A stretch of 64,000 nt of DNA, taken from Thalassobaculaceae bacterium. GTDB taxonomy: Bacteria > Pseudomonadota > Alphaproteobacteria > Thalassobaculales > Thalassobaculaceae. Shown piece by piece: positions 48,476 to 58,336 of this stretch; positions within the stretch are counted from its first letter, which is position 1, and each line of letters starts with the position of its first letter. Position numbers and translations under genes: made by a program. Location: assembly GCA_965228875.1 (NCBI GenBank), contig OZ245843.1, positions 4,012,616-4,076,615 of the forward strand, written 5' to 3'. The notes under the pieces are model-generated. The model was not told the origin of the DNA. It worked only from the letters and a program-made list of their open reading frames with translations, and ran no database searches.

Positions 48476-49075
48476 TTATTTTTCGATTATGGCACGCATA
48501 GCTATCTCTTCCGACGTTGCCGACGGCGGCGCCAGAGCGGCCAGGACCGCTTCCAGGGCCCGGTCCCGCAGGCCCATGGCATGGATGTGGTCGACGGTCT
48601 GGCGCAGATAGTCGGCGTTGTGCCCCGATATGCCTTCCGCGCCCGCGACCAGGGCGGCCTGCTCGGCGACGGTGAGGGCCCCGGCATAGTCCGCCTCCCG
48701 CCGGTCGACCGTATAGGTGACGGCCGGCATGCGGCCGCCGGCGCCGAGGTCCACGGTCACCCGGGTGCGACGGTAGACGGGGTAGTGGGCGATCTCGCGT
48801 TCGTCCAGGTAGGCGAGGGTCTCGTCCACGGCACTCGCGGGCACGCGGTAGGCGACGCCGCGGCAGGCGCCGCCCCGGTCCAGGCCCATCACCAGGCCCG
48901 GACGCGCGGCGGTCCCGCGATGGTGGCGCGAGACCACGCAGAGCCGCCGGCGGTAGCCGCGCAGCAGCGCCTCGATCCGCTCGACATGTTCGAATCCGGG
49001 CCGCCACATGAGGGAGCCGTAGCCGAACACCCACATGTCTGCGGCCGCAGTGTGGCCTGCGAAGCGTGCGTCCAC
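48476..49075 (-). CDS. chaC: Gamma-glutamylcyclotransferase ChaC
   Basis: WVFGYGSLMWRPGF, HRGT..RPGLV and YLDERE motifs. Confidence 0.9.
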   Translation of the reverse strand: MDARFAGHTAAADMWVFGYGSLMWRPGFEHVERIEALLRGYRRRLCVVSRHHRGTAARPGLVMGLDRGGACRGVAYRVPASAVDETLAYLDEREIAHYPVYRRTRVTVDLGAGGRMPAVTYTVDRREADYAGALTVAEQAALVAGAEGISGHNADYLRQTVDHIHAMGLRDRALEAVLAALAPPSATSEEIAMRAIIEK

Positions 49076-49196
49076 TGGAACGACCCCTCGGTTTCTGGAC
49101 CGGTACCCGGCCGGTGACGCCTGCCGCCGGCGGCGGGTCTGTTGCGCGGCGCGGTCCGGCCCTATGCTGGCGATCCCCTGGACCTAGGCCAAGGCG

Positions 49197-50297
49197 ATGA
49201 CGACCGCAAGCGACCCCGTCGATCCTGCCCCCGCTCCGCGCAACCGGCGCCGGTACTGGGCCATGATCATGTTTGCCGCGCTGGCCTTCGCCGCGATCGC
49301 CTGGAGCATCGTCTGGGCGCTGATGGCGATCCATCTGCGGGCGTCGATCGAGGATTGGATGGAGCACCGTCGCGTGGTCGGCGACCGCCTGACCCATGGC
49401 GACCGCGTCCTGACCGGGTTTCCCCTGGCCATCCGCTTCACCTTCGCCGATGTCACCTGGGGGCGCACGGACGGGCCGCGCCGCCTGGAGACGACGACCG
49501 ACAGCCTGGCGATCTCCGCCCGGCCCTGGCAGCCGTTCACCCTGCGTCTGGCGAGTGTTGGGCCGGTGACCGGGTCCTGGCAGGCGCCGTCCCTGTCGAT
49601 GGCGGTCACCGCGGCCGGCGCGACCGGGGCAATACGGTTCGAGCCCGGACAGCTCGACCGGGTGGAACTCGATCTGGCCGAGGCCGTGGCCGTCGACGGG
49701 GATCGGCGCGTGATCGCCCGCGCGGCGCGACTGGCCGTACAGGCGGATCCGACACCGACGGCCGACGCGGCGGCCGGCGCCGCCCTGGCCGGCGGGGTGG
49801 CCACGACGCTTGAGGTCGCTCTGGCCGCCGACGCGCTCGAACCGACCGACATCCTCACGCCGCATCTTCCGTTCGAGGGTCCGGCCGACGGGCGGGTGCG
49901 CGCGACCGTGCGCGGCCCGCTGCCAATCTCCCTGGACCCGGCGATGCTGGCGCTGTGGCGGGATGCCGGCGGGGTGATCGACGTGGATCATTTCGGGCTC
50001 AACTGGCGCCCACTCGATCTGACGGCGGACGGCACCGTGACGCTTGACGGACTGTTGCGGCCGGAGGGGGCGGCGACGGCGGAGATCCGCGGCCTGCCGG
50101 CGATGATCGACAGGGCGGTCGATCAGGGGCTTCTGGCGCAGGACATGGCCTCGCTGCTGCGGCTGGCGACGGCGGCGTTCGCACGAACCGGCAGCGACGG
50201 CGGTTCGCCGTCGGTGCGGGCGCCGATAACCATCCAGGACGGTCGGCTCAATGTCGGCCCGATCGGCATCCTGCGGGTGCCCTCACTGGTGCGGTAG
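49197..50297 (+). CDS. DUF2125 family membrane-anchored protein
   Basis: N-terminal TM helix; GFP, WRDAGG and LRPEG motifs; divergent from chaC. Confidence 0.75.
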   Translation: MTTASDPVDPAPAPRNRRRYWAMIMFAALAFAAIAWSIVWALMAIHLRASIEDWMEHRRVVGDRLTHGDRVLTGFPLAIRFTFADVTWGRTDGPRRLETTTDSLAISARPWQPFTLRLASVGPVTGSWQAPSLSMAVTAAGATGAIRFEPGQLDRVELDLAEAVAVDGDRRVIARAARLAVQADPTPTADAAAGAALAGGVATTLEVALAADALEPTDILTPHLPFEGPADGRVRATVRGPLPISLDPAMLALWRDAGGVIDVDHFGLNWRPLDLTADGTVTLDGLLRPEGAATAEIRGLPAMIDRAVDQGLLAQDMASLLRLATAAFARTGSDGGSPSVRAPITIQDGRLNVGPIGILRVPSLVR

Positions 50298-50304
50298 GGC
50301 CGTC

Positions 50305-52134
50305 TTACCCGAGGCTGGTCACCGCCATGCCGCTCGTCGCGGACTTGGCCTTCTTCTTCAGGCCGGCGATCTCGTCCATCACGCTGTCGAGCGGGATCTC
50401 CTCGCGCCCGGCACGCAGGTTCAGCAGGCCGGCGCTCACGGTCAGGAGCCCGTAGCGGTGCAGCTTGCCGTCGCGGCCGCGCATCTCCAGGTAGCGGCGC
50501 TCCCGGGTTTCGGCGTCGTAGAAGCTCTCGACGTCGTGGGCGAACTGCGCCAGCAGGGCGGCAACCCGTTCGGCCACTTCGCGCGGATCCTCGGTCTTGA
50601 ACCCGGCGAAGAAGTCGTCACCGCCGACATGACCGATGAAGGCGCCGACCGGCGGCGCGTGCTTCTGCAGGAGTTCGGCGAACAACTGGATCGCACGGTC
50701 GCCGTTGCGGAAACCGTACGTGTCGTTGAACGGCTTGAAGCTGTCGAAGTCGAAATAGGCCAGCACGACCCCGGACTCCAGATCCTCGATCGCATCGATC
50801 ACCCAGTCGCCGATCGACAGGTTTCCCGGCAGCCGGGTCAGCGGGTTCTGATCGCGGGCGGCGGCGACGGTCTTCTCGTGCAGGACCTTCAGCAGCGAGG
50901 TCGAGCTCATGAATCCGGCATAGCGGCCGCGTTCGACCATCAGGATGCCGGGGGCTTCGGAACGGTGGGCGAAGATCTCCAGGATCTTCTCGATCGGCAT
51001 GTCGACGCTGGCGGTCGGACACGAGCGCACAAGGTCGCGCAGGGACCGTCCATAGGCTTTGTTGGCCATGAGGTCGCGGCCGAAGGGAGAGTAGGCGTAG
51101 GCCTTCAGCTCGGAATCGCCCAGCACGCCGATCGGTACGCTATGCTCGTCGACGACCGGGAAGATCGTCAGGTCGCGATGCTGTCGGAACGTATCGAACA
51201 CGTCGATCATCGGCAGGTCCGCCGGCAGGGTCGGCAGGACCTCCATGTGCCCCTGGACACGGGTCTTGTCGGTCGAGCGGTTGCGCCGCTCGCGCGCGTT
51301 CAGGCCAGCGACCGCCGGGTAGACCGACAGGATGTGATCGAGATCGGTGGTCGGCTTCTGGATCAGGTAGCCCTGCACGTAGTCGAAGCCGAGATCCTTG
51401 CAGGTCCGGAAGTCGGCCTCCGTCTCCACCCCCTCGGCGACCATGGCGATGCCGAACACGTGCATGATGTCGACAAGGCGCGAGAGGAACAGGCGGCGTT
51501 TGGCATCGCTCGCCACGCCGGAGACGAAATAGCGGTCGATCTTGACGTAGTTGGGCTGCAGCTCGTGCAGCAGGCGCAGCCGGGAATAGCCCTGGCCGAA
51601 ATCGTCGAGGGCGAGGTGCACCCCGGCGCCGGACACCTGGTGCATCACCGCCAGCGCCTCGTCGCCGGCGACGATGTCCTGGGTCTCCGGCAGTTCCAGG
51701 CAGAACCGGTCGGCGCTTAGTCCGCTTGCGGCGATCGCGGCGGCCATGCCGTCGATCACCGCCCGGCCGGAGGCGAGCAGGCGCGCATCGACGTTGAGGA
51801 ACAGCAGCGCCGTGCGGCTCGGCAGCTTCAGGAAGGCCTCGACGGCCTTGCGTTGCAGGCGCCGCTCCACCTGCTCCAGCACCCCGAGATCGTAGGCGGC
51901 GTCGAAAAACTCGGCGATCGTGGCGAAGCCGAGACCGTCCACCCCTCGCAGCAGCGCCTCGTAGCCGAAGGCTATTCCGGTGTCGATGTTGACGATGGGC
52001 TGGAAGGCGTAGAGAAGCGTGGTATCAACGGCCTCGAGCAGCCGCTGGGCCGCGCTCTCTGGTCCGCCGGGGGCGATGACCGCTTGGTCGGCGCCGGACG
52101 TTTCATCGAAGAGGCCTGCGTCTGCTCGATGCAT
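50305..52134 (-). CDS. EAL-CBS-GGDEF cyclic-di-GMP protein
   Basis: FQPIV, EALLR, DDFGQGYS and EGVET (EAL); CBS-like middle; NPLTRLPGN, FKPFNDTYG and GGDDF (GGDEF); start uncertain. Confidence 0.9.
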   Translation of the reverse strand: MHRADAGLFDETSGADQAVIAPGGPESAAQRLLEAVDTTLLYAFQPIVNIDTGIAFGYEALLRGVDGLGFATIAEFFDAAYDLGVLEQVERRLQRKAVEAFLKLPSRTALLFLNVDARLLASGRAVIDGMAAAIAASGLSADRFCLELPETQDIVAGDEALAVMHQVSGAGVHLALDDFGQGYSRLRLLHELQPNYVKIDRYFVSGVASDAKRRLFLSRLVDIMHVFGIAMVAEGVETEADFRTCKDLGFDYVQGYLIQKPTTDLDHILSVYPAVAGLNARERRNRSTDKTRVQGHMEVLPTLPADLPMIDVFDTFRQHRDLTIFPVVDEHSVPIGVLGDSELKAYAYSPFGRDLMANKAYGRSLRDLVRSCPTASVDMPIEKILEIFAHRSEAPGILMVERGRYAGFMSSTSLLKVLHEKTVAAARDQNPLTRLPGNLSIGDWVIDAIEDLESGVVLAYFDFDSFKPFNDTYGFRNGDRAIQLFAELLQKHAPPVGAFIGHVGGDDFFAGFKTEDPREVAERVAALLAQFAHDVESFYDAETRERRYLEMRGRDGKLHRYGLLTVSAGLLNLRAGREEIPLDSVMDEIAGLKKKAKSATSGMAVTSLG

Positions 52135-52187
52135 CGGTATCGTGTCCGCTGCGCTTGACGTACGATGAGGATCTCGCACAGGAAACC

Positions 52188-52203
52188 CTAATCAATCCTT
52201 AAC
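52188..52203. promoter_or_regulatory. Near-consensus CtrA box
   Basis: CTAA-TCAATCC-TTAAC, one mismatch to TTAA-N7-TTAAC. Confidence 0.45.
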
Positions 52204-52250
52204 GGCCACCCTTCAGTTTCACAGTATTTGTCGCAAAAGTTGTCATCGCC

Positions 52251-52655
52251 ATGCCCGATGAAATAATCCGCATTCACGTGATCTTCGATTTGGAACGCGA
52301 GCGCCTGACCGCCCGCAAGTTCCTCCACGAACTCGCGGAGCAGGACTGGCCGGTGAAGATAACCGGCGCATCAAAACGTGAAGATTTGGATCCGCGGCAC
52401 AAGGAGATCGTGGTCATCGATCGCATGCGGGCGGCCAAATTCGCCCTGGTGCTCGTGACGCCGATGTCCGGGGTCAGTCGCAACGTCAACGAGGAGGTGA
52501 AATTCGCCAAACACGCGAACCTGAACCTTGTCGGCGTGCTGCTCGCCGGCTCGACCGCCCACACCAACCTTCCGGACGGTCTGCACCGCTCCCGCGTCGT
52601 CGGCTGGGACTGGGGCGCGCTGAAGAAGGAACTGATGCCGAAGCGGGATATCTGA
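52251..52655 (+). CDS. Stand-alone TIR-like protein (DUF1863/MTH538/ThsB-like)
   Basis: 134 aa alpha/beta pattern: IDRMRAAKFALVLV...SRNVNEEV..A....LVGV...LP...WDW. Confidence 0.6.
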   Translation: MPDEIIRIHVIFDLERERLTARKFLHELAEQDWPVKITGASKREDLDPRHKEIVVIDRMRAAKFALVLVTPMSGVSRNVNEEVKFAKHANLNLVGVLLAGSTAHTNLPDGLHRSRVVGWDWGALKKELMPKRDI

Positions 52656-52664
52656 GGCGGCGAC

Positions 52665-53936
52665 TCAGGCCTTCAGCGCCCGCCAGCCGATATCGCGGCG
52701 GCAGAATCCTTCCGGCCAGTCGATCGCGTCCACCGCCGCATAGGCCCGTTCCCGCGCTTCGCCTGCATCCTTGCCGACCGCCGTCACGCCCAGCACCCGC
52801 CCGCCGATTGCGCGCAGACTGCCATCCTCGCCGCGCGCGGTGCCGGCGTGGAAGACCACGACGTCGTCGCTTCCGGCCGCCTCGACGCCGGCGATCGCGG
52901 TGCCCTTCTCGTAGCTGCCCGGATATCCCCTGGCCGCCATGACGACGCACATGGCGGTCGCGTCGTGCCAGCGCAGGGCGAAGTGATCGAGTTGGCCGTC
53001 GACGGTGGCCAGCAGGGCGGCAAGGACATCGCCCTTGGCGCGCAGCATCAGCGCCTGGCACTCGGGGTCGCCGAAGCGGACATTGTACTCGATCAGCTTC
53101 GGTCCGCTCTCGGTGATCATCAGGCCGGCGAACAGCACGCCGCGGAACGGCCGGCCCTCGGCCGCCATGCCGGCGACGGTCGGAGCGATGATCTCGTCGA
53201 CGATGCGGGCGGCCATGGTGTCGTCGACCACCGGGGCCGGCGAGTAAGCGCCCATGCCGCCGGTGTTCGGGCCGGTGTCGCCCTCGCCGACCCGCTTGTG
53301 GTCCTGTGCGCCGGCGAGCGGCAGCACCGACCGGCCGTCGGTCAGCGCGAAGAAGCTCGCCTCCTCGCCGGTCATCCATTCCTCGACCACGATCTCGGCG
53401 CCGGCCTCGCCGAACGTCCGGTCGGCCATCATGGCGTCGACCGCTTCCAGCGCCTGGTCGAGGGTCTCGGCCATGATAACCCCCTTGCCGGCGGCCAGGC
53501 CGTCGGCCTTGACCACGATCGGGGCGCCCTGGGCCCGGATATAGCTCTTGGCCGCCTCGGCGTCGGTGAACCGGCCGTAGGCGGCGGTCGGGATGGCGTG
53601 ACGGGTGCAGAAATCCTTCGTGAAGGCCTTCGACCCTTCGAGCAACGCCGCCGCCGCGCTCGGCCCGAAGGCCTTGATGCCGGCGTCCTCCAGGCGGTCC
53701 ACCAGTCCGGCGACCAGCGGCGCCTCAGGGCCGACGACGACGAAATCGATCCGCTCGTCCCGGCAGAACGCGATCAGGGCGTCGTGATCGTCGACCCCGA
53801 TCGGCACGCAGTCGGCCTCCTGCGCGATCCCGGCATTGCCCGGTGCGCAGTACAGCGCCGTGACCAGCGGTGATGCGGCGATGGCCCAGCACAACGCGTG
53901 CTCGCGCCCGCCCGATCCGACGACAAGGATGCGCAT
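52665..53936 (-). CDS. purD: Phosphoribosylamine--glycine ligase
   Basis: [31 protein letters not shown] and RFGDPE motifs. Confidence 0.98.
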   Translation of the reverse strand: MRILVVGSGGREHALCWAIAASPLVTALYCAPGNAGIAQEADCVPIGVDDHDALIAFCRDERIDFVVVGPEAPLVAGLVDRLEDAGIKAFGPSAAAALLEGSKAFTKDFCTRHAIPTAAYGRFTDAEAAKSYIRAQGAPIVVKADGLAAGKGVIMAETLDQALEAVDAMMADRTFGEAGAEIVVEEWMTGEEASFFALTDGRSVLPLAGAQDHKRVGEGDTGPNTGGMGAYSPAPVVDDTMAARIVDEIIAPTVAGMAAEGRPFRGVLFAGLMITESGPKLIEYNVRFGDPECQALMLRAKGDVLAALLATVDGQLDHFALRWHDATAMCVVMAARGYPGSYEKGTAIAGVEAAGSDDVVVFHAGTARGEDGSLRAIGGRVLGVTAVGKDAGEARERAYAAVDAIDWPEGFCRRDIGWRALKA

Positions 53937-53959
53937 GGGACTCTCTCCGTAGTCGAGGG

Positions 53960-54997
53960 TTAGCGGGCGTGAGCCGGCGCCGGCCGGCGCGGGATGGCCA
54001 GGACCATCTCGCGCCGGGCGCCGTTGGCGCGGCCGTCGAGGCCGGCCACCGTATCGGCCCAGCGCGGATCGTGGGTCGGTTCGTAGCCGTGTTCGTCGAG
54101 CCAATCAACCAGCCAAGGCAGCGCAACCGGCTGCGGATCGCTGTGGCGGGCGGGATCGAACGCCGCCTCCTCGGCCTGGGGCGAGGCGTCCGTCTCGATC
54201 AGGATCGGCACGCCGAGGCCGGTCAGACCGGCGAGATCACCGGCAAGGTCGTCGAAATGGTAGATCAGGCCGAGCGCGCACACTGCATCCGGCCGACCGA
54301 GATCCGGGCGTATCGAGCGAAGGTTGCCGACAATCCGCGCCACGTCGGACGCGGTCCCGAGCTTGACGATGACCCGGTCCTGCAGGCTATGCAGCGCCGC
54401 CAGGGTCGCTGTCCTGAGCGCCATCAGGATCTTGGTGTCGAGGGCGACGACCCGGGCGCCCTCCAGTCCGAGCTGTAGCGTGAAGTACCCATCGGCACAT
54501 CCGGCGTCGACGATCACCTTGTCCTGCAACGTGCCGCCGCACGCCCGTTCCATGTTGTCGCGCACCAGTGTCCACTCCGCCGCGTGGTACGAACCGTCGG
54601 ACCCTGGGGCGTTGTGTCTGGTCGGCGGGATCGGTCGGTTCGCGCCGGGCAGGAAGACTGGGTGGTAGAAGCCCTGGTCGCTCAGGATCTCCAGCATCAG
54701 ACGGTCGAACGCGGCCTTGTCCTGCGGCATCGTCGCTGCATCGGGCGCTACAGGCTCGGCCCGGGTCGCCCATCGCCGGGCGATGCCCGCAACGGAGATC
54801 AGGACCGATCGGGCACCGTCGCGGACATCCGGATAAGGCGAATGCCGGGCCAGCCAGCTTGCGCGGGACAGCAATGTCGCTGCCGCCCGGAGGGTGCCCT
54901 GGGCCGGCAGTCCGTGATCGGCCGCAAGGTCCGCCGCCTCGCGAAACGCGCCGGCCAGGACCAGGTTGAAAACGACGTCGGCCGGTTGATCTGTCAT
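53960..54997 (-). CDS. Class I SAM-dependent methyltransferase with unknown N-terminal region
   Basis: [12 protein letters not shown] motif I and LGLIYH. Confidence 0.7.
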   Translation of the reverse strand: MTDQPADVVFNLVLAGAFREAADLAADHGLPAQGTLRAAATLLSRASWLARHSPYPDVRDGARSVLISVAGIARRWATRAEPVAPDAATMPQDKAAFDRLMLEILSDQGFYHPVFLPGANRPIPPTRHNAPGSDGSYHAAEWTLVRDNMERACGGTLQDKVIVDAGCADGYFTLQLGLEGARVVALDTKILMALRTATLAALHSLQDRVIVKLGTASDVARIVGNLRSIRPDLGRPDAVCALGLIYHFDDLAGDLAGLTGLGVPILIETDASPQAEEAAFDPARHSDPQPVALPWLVDWLDEHGYEPTHDPRWADTVAGLDGRANGARREMVLAIPRRPAPAHAR

Positions 54998-55071
54998 GCT
55001 GGGTGTCGTCCTCTGTCGGCCGTCACCGGTCGCCGGACCGGACGCCGAGTTCTGTCCAATCGGGTTGCAGC

Positions 55072-56571
55072 ATGCAAGACACTTCCGCCGCCACCACCAC
55101 CGCATCCGGAAACCTCCCGGAGTTCTCCGTCGGCGAGATCAGCCTGGCGGTGAAGCGCACCGTTGAATCCAGTTTCGACCGCGTCCGCGTGCGCGGCGAG
55201 ATCTCGCGGCCGACCCGGGCCGGCTCCGGCCACCTCTACATGACCCTGAAGGACGACAGCGCGGTGCTCGACGCCGTGTGCTGGCGCGGCGCGGCGCAGC
55301 GGCTGTCGATCCAGCCCGAGGAGGGGATGGAGGTCATCGCCACGGGCAAGCTCACCACCTATCCGGGCCGCTCGAAGTACCAGATGGTGATCGAGCAGAT
55401 GGAGCTCGCCGGCGAGGGCGCGCTGCTGAAGCTGCTGGAGGACCGGCGCAAACGGCTGGCCGCCGAAGGGCTGTTCGACGCCGAACGCAAGCGGCCGATT
55501 CCGTTTCTGCCGGCGGTGATCGGCGTCGTCACATCGCCGACCGGGGCGGTGATCCGCGACATCCTGCACCGCCTGGCCGACCGGTTCCCGGTGCATGTCA
55601 TCGTCTGGCCGGTGCTGGTCCAGGGCGAGGGCGCGAAGGATCAGGTGGCGCGCGCGATCCACGGCTTCAATGCGCTCCCGGAATCGGGCGGACCGATGCC
55701 GCGACCGGATCTGCTGATCGTCGCCCGCGGCGGCGGCAGCCTGGAAGACCTGTGGGCCTTCAACGAGGAGGAGGTCGTGCGCGCGGCCGCGGCCTCCGAC
55801 ATTCCGCTGATCTCCGCCGTCGGTCACGAGACCGACACCACGCTGATCGACTTCGCCAGCGATCGCCGGGCGCCGACCCCGACGGCGGCGGCCGAGATGG
55901 CGGTGCCGGTACGCGCCGACCTGATCGCCCGCATCGCGGAGGATACCGCCCGTCTGACCGGGGCCGTGACTCGGCGGCTGAACGAGGGGCGCACGGTCGT
56001 CACGGGCCTGGCCCGCGGGCTCGGCGATCCGGCGGCGCGGATCGAGCAGGCGCAGCAGCGCCTCGACTACGCGGTCTCGACGGCGGCGAGCCGGATGTCG
56101 ACGCGACTCGACCGGCTGGCCTACGCGGTCAACCGCCCGATCCCGTCGCCGGCGGAGATCCTGGCGAAGACGCGGGGGCGGTTCGATGCGGTGGCGCGCG
56201 GTCTGCGTCTGGCGCCGATCGAGCGGTCGGCCGCCGAGGGCGCGCGCGACCTGGAACGGCTGATGCGGGGTGCCGACGCGTCCTTCGACCGCCGGCTCGA
56301 GGCTGCGGGCGACCGGCTGGACGCGCTCGGGCGGGTGCTGAAGGCGAACTCCTTCGAACAGGTCCTGGACCGGGGCTTCGCCCTGGTTCGCGACGCCGAC
56401 GGGGCGCCGGTCAAGACCGCCGCAGAGACGGCCGACGGCCAGTCGGTGACCCTGCAGTTCCGCGACGGCTCCGCGCCGGCGGTGATCGGCGGCGGTGGGA
56501 AGCCCAAGGCGAAGGCCAGATCGGCGACGCCGGCGTCGGGGAGCCCGCCGACACAGGAGACCCTGTTCTGA
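55072..56571 (+). CDS. xseA: Exodeoxyribonuclease VII large subunit
   Basis: GEIS, SGHLY, ARGGGSLEDLWAFN, SAVGHETD and APTPTAAAE motifs. Confidence 0.97.
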   Translation: MQDTSAATTTASGNLPEFSVGEISLAVKRTVESSFDRVRVRGEISRPTRAGSGHLYMTLKDDSAVLDAVCWRGAAQRLSIQPEEGMEVIATGKLTTYPGRSKYQMVIEQMELAGEGALLKLLEDRRKRLAAEGLFDAERKRPIPFLPAVIGVVTSPTGAVIRDILHRLADRFPVHVIVWPVLVQGEGAKDQVARAIHGFNALPESGGPMPRPDLLIVARGGGSLEDLWAFNEEEVVRAAAASDIPLISAVGHETDTTLIDFASDRRAPTPTAAAEMAVPVRADLIARIAEDTARLTGAVTRRLNEGRTVVTGLARGLGDPAARIEQAQQRLDYAVSTAASRMSTRLDRLAYAVNRPIPSPAEILAKTRGRFDAVARGLRLAPIERSAAEGARDLERLMRGADASFDRRLEAAGDRLDALGRVLKANSFEQVLDRGFALVRDADGAPVKTAAETADGQSVTLQFRDGSAPAVIGGGGKPKAKARSATPASGSPPTQETLF

Positions 56572-57383
56572 TGCGCTGTCTGCTTGTCCTGTTCGCCCTG
56601 CTGATCCTGGCGCCGGCCGCCCGGGCGGAGATCACGTTCAGCGGCTCCTTCACCCAGGGCGGGATCGTGTTCGGCCGCACCGATCCGGGCACGCGCCTCG
56701 CGCTGGACGGCATCCCGGTGCGCGTCGACCCGGATGGCGCGTTCGTTTTCGGTTTCCACCGTGACGCGCCGCCGGCGGCGGAACTCGTCATCACCGCGCC
56801 GGACGGATCGGTCGAGAGGCGCAATCTCGAGGTGGCGGCACGGACGTACGAGGTTCAGCGGATTGATGGCCTGCCGGCGAACATGGTGACGCCGCCCAAG
56901 GACGTGCTCGACCGGATCCGCCGGGACGCGGCCCAGGTCCGGGCGGCGCGGGCGACCGACCGGCCGGTGGCCGATTTCCGTTCCGGCTTCGTGTGGCCCG
57001 CGACCGGCGTCATCACCGGCGTCTACGGCAGCCAACGCATCCTCAACGGCGAGCCGCGCCAGCCGCATTACGGCATCGACATCGCCGCCCCCACCGGCAC
57101 GCCGGTGGTCGCCCCGGCGGACGGCGAAGTGACCCTGGCGGCGACCGACCACTATTATACCGGCGGCACGCTGATCCTTGACCATGGCCACGGGCTGTCG
57201 AGCACGTTCATCCATCTCGATACGGTAACGGTGGCCGTCGGCGACAGGGTCGCCCAGGGCGCGCGGATCGGCACCGTCGGCGCCAGCGGCCGGGCGACGG
57301 GTCCGCATCTGGACTGGCGGATCAACTGGTTCGACCGGCGTCTGGACCCGGCCTACGTGGTGCCGCCGATGCCGACGGACTGA
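56571..57383 (+). CDS. Exported M23 family metallopeptidase
   Basis: Signal peptide; HYGID, DHGHG and ATGPHL motifs; TGATG coupling to xseA. Confidence 0.9.
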   Translation: MRCLLVLFALLILAPAARAEITFSGSFTQGGIVFGRTDPGTRLALDGIPVRVDPDGAFVFGFHRDAPPAAELVITAPDGSVERRNLEVAARTYEVQRIDGLPANMVTPPKDVLDRIRRDAAQVRAARATDRPVADFRSGFVWPATGVITGVYGSQRILNGEPRQPHYGIDIAAPTGTPVVAPADGEVTLAATDHYYTGGTLILDHGHGLSSTFIHLDTVTVAVGDRVAQGARIGTVGASGRATGPHLDWRINWFDRRLDPAYVVPPMPTD

Positions 57384-58336
57384 TCGAGCAGCGTCTCGGC
57401 CCGGTCCGGATCGCTCCAGACCAGCGACACCTCGACAACCATCACCATCGCCCGCGCCTCGGCCGGCAGGCGTACGGCATCCTTCGCCGTCGTCACCAGT
57501 GTCGCACCCGCCGCGTCGGCCCGTTCGACCAGCGCCATCACCTCCAGCGGCCGGTAGGGGTGGTGATCGGCGAAGGCATCGAAACCGACCACGTCGGCGC
57601 CGATCGACTTCAGGGTCTCGCGGAACTTCTCCGGCCGGCCGATCCCGGCGAAGCCGAAGACCCGCTCGCCGCGCAACGCCTGGGCCGCGGATGCGGGTTC
57701 CAGCCGGGCGTCCAGCACCGGCCGCCGGCCGGCGACCAGAGACGTCACGCCCGCCCGATCCTCGCCGACCGCAACGACGGCGTGCGCCTTGGCGAGCGCG
57801 GCGTCCCAGGGTTCGCGCAGCGGGCCGGCGGGCATCACCCGACCGTTGCCGATCCCGGCACCGCCATCGACCACAAGCAGGGCGAGGCTCGGGATCAGGG
57901 ACGGGTTCTGCAGACCGTCGTCCATGACGATCGCGTCGACGCCCTGCTCCTCCAGCAGTCGGGCGCCCGCGGCCCGGTCGCGGGCGATCACCGTCGGCGC
58001 CAGTGCCGCCAGCAGCAGCGGCTCGTCGCCGACATCGCCGGCATCGTGGCGGGCCGGGTCGACGCGGACCGGTCTCCGGAGCCGGCCGCCATGGCCGCGC
58101 GACAGCAGACCGATGCGTCGGCCGCGCGCCATCAGCGTCGCGGCGACCGCCAGGACGACCGGCGTCTTGCCGGCTCCGCCCGCCGTCGCGTTACCGACAC
58201 AAATAAGTGGCACGGTGGGACGATAGGCGGTGGTGGTGGCCGCGCGGAGGACGCCGCCCAGGCGCCACAGCCAGCTCGCCGGGGTCAGGGCCGCGGCCGG
58301 CCAGCCGCCGTCGCGCCAGAAGCCCGGCGGCCTCAC
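57353..58336 (-). CDS. lpxK: Tetraacyldisaccharide 4'-kinase
   Basis: VGNATAGGAGKTP, GDEP, DDGLQN, PAGPLRE and TTAKD motifs. Confidence 0.95.
   Translation of the reverse strand: MRPPGFWRDGGWPAAALTPASWLWRLGGVLRAATTTAYRPTVPLICVGNATAGGAGKTPVVLAVAATLMARGRRIGLLSRGHGGRLRRPVRVDPARHDAGDVGDEPLLLAALAPTVIARDRAAGARLLEEQGVDAIVMDDGLQNPSLIPSLALLVVDGGAGIGNGRVMPAGPLREPWDAALAKAHAVVAVGEDRAGVTSLVAGRRPVLDARLEPASAAQALRGERVFGFAGIGRPEKFRETLKSIGADVVGFDAFADHHPYRPLEVMALVERADAAGATLVTTAKDAVRLPAEARAMVMVVEVSLVWSDPDRAETLLDQSVGIGGTT

Noticed and set aside
48490..48505. Sigma54-like TGGCACG motif near the lodA-like gene
   Set aside because: No -12 TTGC at the correct spacing, and it faces away from the gene
48390..49991. 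1192-aa version of the LodA-like ORF
   Set aside because: The extension overlaps chaC and the DUF2125 gene and is low-complexity; an RBS and the family N-terminus support the start at 48389
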